NCBI GenBank assembly: GCA_020346765.1
Contig: CP070788.1
Location: 1,908,783-1,963,571, forward strand
Reading direction: 5' to 3'
Length of the DNA stretch: 54,789 nt
Source: Nitrospiraceae bacterium
GTDB lineage: Bacteria; Nitrospirota; Thermodesulfovibrionia; UBA6902
The position numbers and the translations under genes were made by a program. The notes under the pieces were generated by a model, which searched no databases, was not told where the DNA came from, and saw only the letters and a list, made by a program, of their open reading frames with translations. Numbering within the stretch: the stretch's first letter is position 1; each line of letters starts with the position of its first letter. Below are positions 36,310 to 43,811 of the stretch, one piece after another.

Positions 36310-37052
36310 CGGGTCACTCCTTCCATGTCTGCCCTGACATATTTCTCGATGATTTCCCTGATGTGCTCCCTGATGCTCACGATGCTGTGCATGAAGGGGT
36401 CGATGGCTCTGATACGGTCAGCGATCTCCTTTCTCATGAGCGTATGTTCAATCCAGCGGGAAAAGTCATCAACGATGCCCTCGCCGAGCCGTACCCTCGC
36501 GTCGTAAAAGTGATAATAGATGCTCCCCGGGTCAATATGATCAATGGCAACGAGAAACTCCGCCAGGTTTCTGGCCTGCACTCCGATTGGAAAGATCAGG
36601 TTTATTGTTTCATTGAAGTAAAACTCATTGCCGGGGATGACATCATGGGGTTCTGGAAAGTGCGAAAGGAAGTCATCTACCTCCCGCAGCAGTTCTATCC
36701 TCACGGACTCAACAGACTTCAATGTGTAGGGGTCGATGCAGGTAAGCCGTTCAGCCAGGGCGCGCTCCTCAAGGGTCTCGCCGGCCCACTGCGCAAAGTC
36801 GTTGGTGTACTCGAGGATATGGCCTTTGAGGAAATACTGGCAGACATGATGAAATATGCTTTCGTCGCCGACCTGGGCAACCAGCTTCCTCAGTTCCTTC
36901 AGGTTCTTTGCCTTTTTGCCCGTGGACTTGACAACACTGACACACTGCCTGAATTCAAACGGTTCGATCTCTTCTTCCAATGCAATCCCTTTCCGCATAA
37001 GGCAGTGCGGTCCCCGGACAAGCGGCGCGACGGCCCGGGAAGCTGCCTTCAA
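36306..37052 (-). CDS. conserved hypothetical protein made of two homologous ~100-aa halves (possibly the DUF5752 family; start may be the ATG at 36998)
   Basis: 248 aa. The internal duplication is visible by eye: FEF..GKKAKNLKEL....SIFHH....DFAQWAGETL....AERL..IDPY..SVESVR versus FYF..GVQARNLAEF....SIYYH....DFSRWIEHTL....ADRI..IDPF..SIVSIR. It overlaps the TreT-like gene by 4 nt. Confidence 0.6.
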   Translation of the reverse strand: MKAASRAVAPLVRGPHCLMRKGIALEEEIEPFEFRQCVSVVKSTGKKAKNLKELRKLVAQVGDESIFHHVCQYFLKGHILEYTNDFAQWAGETLEERALAERLTCIDPYTLKSVESVRIELLREVDDFLSHFPEPHDVIPGNEFYFNETINLIFPIGVQARNLAEFLVAIDHIDPGSIYYHFYDARVRLGEGIVDDFSRWIEHTLMRKEIADRIRAIDPFMHSIVSIREHIREIIEKYVRADMEGVTR

Positions 37053-37094
37053 TGCCGTGTTTATCGCAACGACCGTCTGGCAGAGCGCCGGCGG

Positions 37095-38339
37095 TCAGCA
37101 CGGTGACCTGTCCTCTTCCCTGCACACAACAACAGGCACGGAGATAGTGTCGATTCTGGCTTCGAGCCCCTGGACAACCTCCCTGAACCGGGCAATGGCC
37201 CCGTGACGTACCGGTGTTCCCCTGGGCAGACGTATGGTGAGAGGATTGACAAACTTTCCGTTATACCTGATGCGGTAGTCGAGATGAGGCCCCGTTGAAA
37301 GACCCGACGAGCCGACGTACCCGACCGTGTTTCCCTGTGACACCTTTGTTCCTCTCCGGATGCCCTTTGGAATCCGCGACAGGTGGCCGTAATAGGTTTC
37401 GTAATTGCCGGGATGCCTTATTTTGACCATCCTGCCCATCTGCCCCTTGAATCCCGCGAACTCAACAGTGCCGTTTCCCGCAGCTGACACCGGCGTGCCC
37501 GTGGGAGCCGCGTAATCAACGCCCAGGTGAGGCCTGTAGATCCTGAGCCTGGGGTGGAGGCGGTTTTTCGTGAATCCTGAGCTTATATATCTGAACCTGA
37601 GGGGAGACCGCAGCAGCGCCTTGCGCAGGGAATTCCCCCTTTCGTCATAGTAATCGGCCTGTCCATCGTCTTCGAAGCGGAATGCATAGCGAGACTCCCC
37701 GTCATTGATGAACGCCGCTGCCAGGATGTCCCCGTATCCCCGAAAGACATCCCCCACCCAAAGCTCTTCGATAATGAGTTTTACTTCATCACCGTTGCGG
37801 ATATCGTGCGAGAAATCTATGTCCCAGGCATAAATGTCAGATAAGGCGAGGGCGATTTTGAGGTACTCGACGTGGCTTCCCGGCATGGATGATATCAGGT
37901 TCTCCCTGATCAAGATGTAGAGCGAACTAGTCCTCCTCTCAACGGGAAGGGACACCGTTTCAGCCTCGAAGCGGTCTTCGCGCCGGCTCACATCAAGATA
38001 GGACAGGTCGTCAATGCCGTAGCGCATACGCAGGACCGTCTTATCGTCCTGGTCAAGATCAAAGGTGTACACGTTTCCCACGGCAATCCGGGAAAGATTG
38101 TACATACCCCGGGTATCGCGGATAATGCTGTACATGTCAGACTTGTCGAGTCCGTGCCTGTCAAAGATAAGCTCCAGGGTGTCAGAGGGCCGGACGATTC
38201 CGCTGATGATGTTTTCCCGTTTCTCCGGTTCTGGCGATACAGCAGGGGGATCAAGAGGTTTTGATGACTGTGCGCCCGGGCTGAACATCATGTACGCAAC
38301 GACGAGGGCAGCCGGGATGATGATAAACATGAGCCTCAT
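37095..38339 (-). CDS. M23 family metallopeptidase (membrane-anchored)
   Basis: 414 aa with an N-terminal TM segment. M23 motifs are HLGVDYAAPTGTPV and GSSGLSTGPHLDYR. Confidence 0.85.
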   Translation of the reverse strand: MRLMFIIIPAALVVAYMMFSPGAQSSKPLDPPAVSPEPEKRENIISGIVRPSDTLELIFDRHGLDKSDMYSIIRDTRGMYNLSRIAVGNVYTFDLDQDDKTVLRMRYGIDDLSYLDVSRREDRFEAETVSLPVERRTSSLYILIRENLISSMPGSHVEYLKIALALSDIYAWDIDFSHDIRNGDEVKLIIEELWVGDVFRGYGDILAAAFINDGESRYAFRFEDDGQADYYDERGNSLRKALLRSPLRFRYISSGFTKNRLHPRLRIYRPHLGVDYAAPTGTPVSAAGNGTVEFAGFKGQMGRMVKIRHPGNYETYYGHLSRIPKGIRRGTKVSQGNTVGYVGSSGLSTGPHLDYRIRYNGKFVNPLTIRLPRGTPVRHGAIARFREVVQGLEARIDTISVPVVVCREEDRSPC

Positions 38340-38782
38340 TAAGTCTCTCTGCTTTTGACGGTTCTCGTGCGGGCTGCCCGTGTCTTTGTTGGAGAGGGGG
38401 TGCTCTTTTTCCGGGTGCCTTTGCGTGCGGTTTTCCGAGCGGTTGTGCGTCCGGCCTTTTTCACGGGCTTGTTGGCTTCCTTTTCATCCAGGGAGCTGAT
38501 CTCGGCCTCCAGTTTATTGATCTTGGCTATGATGGACTTAACCGTGCTGTTGGCAAGGGGGTTCTTGGACTTTCTGGCGATGAGGTCATAGACTGTTCCC
38601 CCAAGAGCGGAAAACTCCTCCTGCACCTTCATGTTGAGATTGAATGAACGGTACTTCTTCTTGCCCTCCCCTGTAAGCTTCTCAATTTTTTCCGTTACGA
38701 CCGAGCTGCCTTCCTTGAAGATCTCGATACCTTCCTGCAGGTTTTTTTTCAGGTCCTCCTGAATTCTGCTCCAGAAGCTCAT
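38339..38782 (-). CDS. hypothetical helical protein with Lys/Arg/Thr-rich C-terminal tail
   Basis: 147 aa. The helical body is followed by KPVKKAGRTTARKTARKGTRKKSTPSPTKTRAARTRTVKSR. Its stop overlaps the M23 start by 1 nt. Confidence 0.6.
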   Translation of the reverse strand: MSFWSRIQEDLKKNLQEGIEIFKEGSSVVTEKIEKLTGEGKKKYRSFNLNMKVQEEFSALGGTVYDLIARKSKNPLANSTVKSIIAKINKLEAEISSLDEKEANKPVKKAGRTTARKTARKGTRKKSTPSPTKTRAARTRTVKSRET

Positions 38783-38859
38783 GATTCCTCCCTTTGACCA
38801 CGCCAGGATCAGCCATGCTGATCCGTCTTTTTATCCCTGTGCCGGATATGGCTCAGGAC

Positions 38860-40068
38860 CTATTTATTGTCTTCCTCAACGGCGAATTTCACCATATCCA
38901 GTATCTTCGGCAGTGCCGATGTGACCCTGTCCCAGCTCGATATGAGGGGTACGCCCAGGGGGTCCTTCATGATGGTCTCCGAGGCGAGGCGTATCCCTTC
39001 GGTGAATGTTTCAACAGCAAGGCTCTCCTGATGGCGGTCAAAAAAAAGTCCGTTTACGGCAGCGTCGTCCTCGTAGCGCTTGACCATGTCCTGGGCGGTT
39101 CTCACGTATGTGGCAATGAGCGTCTTGAACAGGCCGTCCGAGAATACGAGCCCTTCGGAGGCAAGGGTCCTGAAGATGGACTTGCTGATGTCAATGCACA
39201 TTTTCAAAAGCCCCTTTGAGGCGTCATCCGGGGAGAGGGCCTGGTGCTTGTGCTCGTAATTGTCGGCAATATCAATCTGGCAGACTCTCCTTACCGCGCA
39301 GTTCCGGTAGACCTCGGCCAGCACGCCCACTTCCAGTCCCCAGTCACCCGGTATCTTGTTCACGCGGGCAAGGTCCACGTCCATGGAAAACTCCCCGGCA
39401 AGGGGATAGCGGAAGCTGTCGAGGAACTCCAGGAGCGGAACGGGTCCGTGAATTTTCTTGAGCGAGCGGAGCAGGGGGGTCACGAGAAGCCTCGTCACCC
39501 TCCCGTGCATCCTGTCCGTCACCCGGCTGTAAAAACCCTTGCAGAATTCATAGTCCAGATTCGGATTGGTGACGGGGTAGCAGAGCCTGGCGAGCATCTG
39601 ACGGTCATAGGAGAGGATGTCGCAGTCATGGAGGGCGATCACACTGATGTTTTTCTGCGCGATGATGTATCCGTATGACATCCACGCCGACTGGCCCTTC
39701 CCTGCATCGCCGAGCTGCAGGCCCGCTGACCTGATGGTCTTGTACACCTCACTGACCCTCCGTCCGTTGTTCCAGATGAGCATGGTCGTCTGGGGGAGGA
39801 CGGAGAAAAACTTGCGTGCATGGCTGAATTCTTTTTTCGTGCAGGGCCCGAGGGTGACGATTACTTCCTTCAGGTAGGTGACATTTTTTAGTTCGTTGAT
39901 GATGATCTTCAGTGCCTGCCCTTTCAGTTCAGAGTAGAGAGAGGGGAGGACGAGGGCAATGGGCCGTTCCTGTGAGTACCAGGTAAGTTCTTCCTCGATC
40001 TTATCAGGGCTGGATTGACCGAGCCTGTGAAATGTGGGGAGAATCCCGCCTTGATGAAAATCAGCCAT
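38860..40068 (-). CDS. gpgS: glucosyl-3-phosphoglycerate synthase-like glycosyltransferase (long GpgS form)
   Basis: 402 aa. It has the N-terminus MADFHQGGILPTFHRLG and a GT-A core with a DxD-like HDCD. The neighbourhood includes an MpgP-type phosphatase and a glycerate kinase. The family assignment is from memory, not from a search. Confidence 0.55.
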   Translation of the reverse strand: MADFHQGGILPTFHRLGQSSPDKIEEELTWYSQERPIALVLPSLYSELKGQALKIIINELKNVTYLKEVIVTLGPCTKKEFSHARKFFSVLPQTTMLIWNNGRRVSEVYKTIRSAGLQLGDAGKGQSAWMSYGYIIAQKNISVIALHDCDILSYDRQMLARLCYPVTNPNLDYEFCKGFYSRVTDRMHGRVTRLLVTPLLRSLKKIHGPVPLLEFLDSFRYPLAGEFSMDVDLARVNKIPGDWGLEVGVLAEVYRNCAVRRVCQIDIADNYEHKHQALSPDDASKGLLKMCIDISKSIFRTLASEGLVFSDGLFKTLIATYVRTAQDMVKRYEDDAAVNGLFFDRHQESLAVETFTEGIRLASETIMKDPLGVPLISSWDRVTSALPKILDMVKFAVEEDNK

Positions 40069-40215
40069 AAATACCTTTCGGTTATCCTGTTATAATTACT
40101 TTAGTATGAAAGATCCCGAACAGGGAGTTTCCCCGGGTGTTATGATGCCTTAAACTCAGATAAGTATAATGACTGCGAGACAAATGGTCAAGACAATCGG
40201 AAGGATGCACGGAAC

Positions 40216-41571
40216 ATGCAAATGAGGGAAATAGCAGGCAAAATATTTTCTGGAGTTCTGGAGAGTGTTAATCCCCTTGCTATCGTAAAGGGCTATGGTG
40301 AACAGATACGCTCCTACTCCTCGTCAAAGGATTTCAACAGCATACGTGTCGTTGGATTTGGCAAGGCCTCCTGTCAAATGGCCCGCGCTGTTGAGGAATC
40401 ACTTGGGCCGGACGCAATTGCCAGCGGTATTGTTATTACCAAGTACGGGCATGCAGGAGCGATGCATTCAGCTGTCAGTCATCGACCCGAGGGCAGTGAG
40501 CTGTCCGGGCTCAGGAAAATAAGAGTCTTTGAGGCCGGACATCCCATCCCTGATCAGCAGGGTGTGGAGGCCGCTGAAGAAATTATCCGCCTGCTGGCTC
40601 ATTCCAAAGACAGGGACCTCGTGCTCTGCCTTGTCTCAGGAGGAGGGTCAGCCCTCTTTGTCTCTCCCTGTGAGGGGATTACGCTCAGGGAGAAGCAGGC
40701 AATCACTGACCTTCTCCTGAAATCCGGGGCGGACATTACGGAGCTAAATGCCGTGAGAAAGCACCTGTCGAAGGTCAAGGGAGGGAGGCTTGCGGAGATA
40801 GCCGCCCCTGCTGAGATCATCAGTCTCATGATATCAGACGTGATCGGAGACAGACTTGATGTGATCGCATCGGGCCCCACCGCCCCCGACCCATCGACGT
40901 TTCAGGACGCGCTGGACGTGATCAGGAAGTATTCCCTCGCTGACAGCGCACCGGCATCGGTGATGGAACTGCTGGAGCGGGGACTCCGGGGGGATATCCC
41001 TGACACCCCCAAGGCGGGAGACCCCCTGTTCAGCAGGGTGCAGAACCTGATAGTGGGGAGCAACAGAATTGCCATTGAACGGGCCCGGCAAGAGGCAGAG
41101 GCACTGGGGTACCGCACGGAGGTGCTTTCCTCGGAAATCAGCGGCGAGGCGCGGGACGTTGGTCAGTGGCTTGCCCGAAAGGCCCGGGAAGCGAGGGAAG
41201 CAGTGGGCGGGAGCACACAGTGCTTCATATCGGGGGGTGAGACAACGGTTCACGTAAGAGGGAGAGGGAAGGGCGGACGTAACACAGAGCTCGCACTGAG
41301 CTTTGCCATGGAAGCGGACGGCATGAAAGGCGTCACTCTCCTTTCGGCAGGGACGGACGGAACGGACGGACCTACGGATGCCGCTGGCGCCATTGTTGAC
41401 GGCGGCACCGTGGAAAGAGCACGGAGCCGGGGACTGAACCCCCGGGAATATCTTGAGAACAATGACTCCTATACCTTTTTTAAAGCCATAGACTCCCTGC
41501 TCATTACGGGCCCGACCGGGACCAATGTCATGGATGTGCAGATACTAATCGTGGAACAGCAGGCGGGATGA
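40216..41571 (+). CDS. glycerate 2-kinase, MOFRL family (DUF4147 + MOFRL; TtuD-like)
   Basis: 451 aa. It shows RVVGFGKASCQMA, LVSGGGSAL, LNAVRKHLSKVKGG, and the C-terminal GGETTV...GKGGRN..LAL...LLSAGTDGTDGPTDAAGA. Confidence 0.85.
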   Translation: MQMREIAGKIFSGVLESVNPLAIVKGYGEQIRSYSSSKDFNSIRVVGFGKASCQMARAVEESLGPDAIASGIVITKYGHAGAMHSAVSHRPEGSELSGLRKIRVFEAGHPIPDQQGVEAAEEIIRLLAHSKDRDLVLCLVSGGGSALFVSPCEGITLREKQAITDLLLKSGADITELNAVRKHLSKVKGGRLAEIAAPAEIISLMISDVIGDRLDVIASGPTAPDPSTFQDALDVIRKYSLADSAPASVMELLERGLRGDIPDTPKAGDPLFSRVQNLIVGSNRIAIERARQEAEALGYRTEVLSSEISGEARDVGQWLARKAREAREAVGGSTQCFISGGETTVHVRGRGKGGRNTELALSFAMEADGMKGVTLLSAGTDGTDGPTDAAGAIVDGGTVERARSRGLNPREYLENNDSYTFFKAIDSLLITGPTGTNVMDVQILIVEQQAG

Positions 41572-41885
41572 ATCCACGGAACTCGTGACAAGTGTTGCTC
41601 TGTGCGGCAGCCGCTTCAGGGACGTTGGGAGCAGGGGGCCTGAATGGACAGATCTATCTCCTCAATGTTTGCCGGGTAATCGAAGACTGAATCGGACATG
41701 GTGTTCATGCTGGGCTATGTGGAGGGGATGACGCAGGAGCTACTGTGGACGAGGGCCTGCACCTCCCGTGAAGATGCTGCTGCCTTGGCAGTGCTTCGTG
41801 CTGCACTGGAAAAGGACGGGTTTATTGCTTTGATGACGCTTATTGCGAGCTGTACGAGGTCACCGTGTGGGGTCTGTGAGAGGGC

Positions 41886-41991
41886 AAAAAAATAGGATGC
41901 TGACTTTTTGAGGGGACATGGCTAAAGTTATTGTGGGCTCTCGTTTTAGGCGGGAAAACTTTATAGCCAAAAGTCAGCATCCGTATTTTTT
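41886..41991. repeat. palindromic element E1 (long imperfect hairpin)
   Basis: AAAAAATA-GGATGCTGACTTTT ... AAAAGTCAGCATCC-G-TATTTTTT, with a 14-bp perfect core. There is an inner second pairing GGCTAAAGTT / AACTTTATAGCC. Confidence 0.75.
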
Positions 41992-42342
41992 ATTTATATA
42001 CTCTTATCTTTAATCGGGTTCGTTGCGCTCCTTTTGTCCGTGCTCCTTCGTACTGTGAATCAGTATAGCATTATTTTCAAACTAAGGCAACCCCCTAAGA
42101 AATTATTTTTCATGCATTAATCCAAGGGATGAGATGGCAGAACCATTCAGAGGATGCCGGGGCCCGCTCTGAAAAAAATAGGATTAGAAACAGAGAGTTA
42201 AATGATGCATCTGGATCGGTGTTATCTTCATCCTGGCTGCGAAACGGGATGTATGGGACAATGAATTCCCATAGGGTAACCGGTCAGGAGGTAATAATGG
42301 GCAGGGCCACTCAATGGATATCCACGAATGAATAAAGACTAC

Positions 42343-42437
42343 GAGGGGATGGTGACTTATTTTTTGTGCGAGGTACGGTACTCAGGATCAGCAGAAAAGG
42401 GATTTCCCTTGATCAGTGCACTGTCAGCCATCCCCTC
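42343..42437. repeat. palindromic element E2, related to E1
   Basis: GAGGGGATGGTGAC ... GTCAGCCATCCCCTC. It shares the GGATG[C/G]TGAC / GTCAGC(C)ATCC arms with E1. It encloses the palindrome AAGGGA-TT-TCCCTT flanked by GATCAG direct repeats. Confidence 0.7.
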
Positions 42438-42504
42438 AAATAGTACATCTTTAATTATACGCGACCGGCAGGGGTTGTGACGTCTGTCCCCCATTACTGG
42501 CGGC

Positions 42505-42813
42505 CTATTTTGAAGAAGCTGCGTATGCCTGCCCCGGCTTCATCAGCGAGAACTTTTCCGGGCCTTCCTCGGTTTTTACCTGTTTGAATACTTCACAGGA
42601 CATGCAGGACACTGACTTCTGGGCAAAATCGCCCTGCACCTTTCCTCCGCAGAAGGTGCCAGCTACGGCCCAGCATATGCGGCCGCCGTTTTTCCCTCCG
42701 TTGATCCCGTTACACGATGTATCAGTGGCCGCAGGGCATACGCCCATTTCCGCCGATTTGCTTCCTCCTGCTTCCCTCCCGCACTTTTTTACTTCCCAGC
42801 AGTTCTTTTTCAC
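42505..42813 (-). CDS. stand-alone cysteine-rich 'two-CW'-type domain protein
   Basis: 102 aa. The GTG start lies 5 nt after AAGGAGGG. It reads MKKNCWEVKKCGRE...CPAA...C...GGRICWAVAGTFCGG...CMSCEVF. Eight Cys (positions 5, 11, 26, 34, 47, 55, 70, 73) and two CW dipeptides are present. There is no signal peptide and no TM segment. Confidence 0.65.
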   Translation of the reverse strand: MKKNCWEVKKCGREAGGSKSAEMGVCPAATDTSCNGINGGKNGGRICWAVAGTFCGGKVQGDFAQKSVSCMSCEVFKQVKTEEGPEKFSLMKPGQAYAASSK

Positions 42814-43163
42814 TATACCCTCCTTTCTGGTTCTTTTATTTCTGAACAGTCTATGAAATCAGTTTTACTGCTCCTCTGCACTTTCTATCGGCACGGGAAA
42901 AATTATCTTTAGTCTGCCAGCGGTATCAGGAACAGGGCTCTGGTGAAGGCCTCCTGTCCGGGTATGGGGATGCCCGGGATGGGTTAAGCCGCCAGGGCAG
43001 AACGTCCTATAGTTTTACTCAACGAAAGGACAGTATCCCATGATATCTCTGGAATCAGAAATATACACTCCAATTTCTGGCCTGGGCAATATATGAACGC
43101 GCTGAGTCCAGAAGGGACGCTCATGGCGGTAAAATGTGTGAAATAATAAGCGTGATGACTGTT

Positions 43164-43811
43164 TTAAACCGACGTGAGTCCTTCCCTGATGGCATACTTT
43201 GTCAATTCGGCGACCGTGCGGATATTCAGCTTGCCCATGACCTGCCGGCGGTGGGACTCGACGGTCTTGGCACTCACGTGAAGGTCAGCGGCAATCTGTT
43301 TGGTGGATTTCCCCTCAGTGATAAGCTGAAGGACTTCACGCTCCCGATCGGTCAGCAGGGCAAAGGACTTGGGGCTTGGCAGGGGAGGATGGTTGACGAG
43401 GCTCTCCACGAGAAGGGACGCTATCTGGGGGTTTACATAGGTCTTGCCGTTCATCACGATGCGAACGGCCTGCTCCAGTTCATCAAAGGCGCTATCCTTG
43501 ATCAGATAGCCCGATGCGCCTGCCTTGAATATTTCCGAAACGAACTGTTTGTCATAATGCATGGACAGGGCTATAACCCTGGTTGCAGGGTTGTCTGATA
43601 GTATTCTTCTTGTGGCCTCAATACCGTTCATATCGGGCATGCTGATATCCATAATCACGATGTCCGGGTGAAGTTCTTTTGCCAGGTCTATTGCCCTGGC
43701 CCCCTCGCCGGCCTCACCGATAACTTCCATGTCCGCATATTCCTTGATGAGTGAACAGATTCCCTCCCGGAGGATCTTATGGTCATCGACAAGCAATATT
43801 CTTATTTTCAT
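43164..43811 (-). CDS. NarL/FixJ (LuxR-type HTH) response regulator
   Basis: 215 aa. It has a REC domain (ILLVDDH...DIVIMDISMPDMNG) and a C-terminal LuxR HTH (LTDREREVLQLITEGKSTKQIAADLHVSAKTVESHR). Confidence 0.9.
   Translation of the reverse strand: MKIRILLVDDHKILREGICSLIKEYADMEVIGEAGEGARAIDLAKELHPDIVIMDISMPDMNGIEATRRILSDNPATRVIALSMHYDKQFVSEIFKAGASGYLIKDSAFDELEQAVRIVMNGKTYVNPQIASLLVESLVNHPPLPSPKSFALLTDREREVLQLITEGKSTKQIAADLHVSAKTVESHRRQVMGKLNIRTVAELTKYAIREGLTSV

Noticed and set aside
38806-38824. GGATCAGC-cat-GCTGATCC hairpin followed by T-rich sequence on the plus strand, looking like a plus-strand terminator between the GpgS-like gene and the basic-tail gene.
   Set aside because: No plus-strand gene ends here. 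On the sense (minus) strand there is no U-tract. It is most simply an intercistronic stem-loop, or at most an antisense-transcript terminator, and is too weak to call.
41698-41895. Small ORFs in the long spacer: 65 aa at 41698..41895 (+), 68 aa at 42129..42335 (+), and a 27-codon minus-strand ORF at about 41617..41700.
   Set aside because: None has a convincing SD or any motif I recognise. The 42129 ORF lies in AT-rich sequence with an unusual composition. They may be remnants of a degraded gene, but I cannot support a call.
41886-42437. Interpreting the two palindromic elements as integron attC sites or as the ends of a MITE/IS.
   Set aside because: There are no RYYYAAC/GTTRRRY core sites. 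No integrase or transposase is in the window, and I see no target-site duplication. E1 and E2 are each self-complementary units rather than one pair of terminal inverted repeats. They remain reported as repeats of unknown nature.
42505-42813. The Cys-rich 102-aa ORF as a RiPP or bacteriocin precursor.
   Set aside because: There is no radical-SAM, lanthipeptide or cyclodehydratase maturase, and no peptidase-ABC exporter or immunity gene nearby. There is no leader/core organisation. The Cys pattern with two CW motifs fits a metal-binding sensory domain better.
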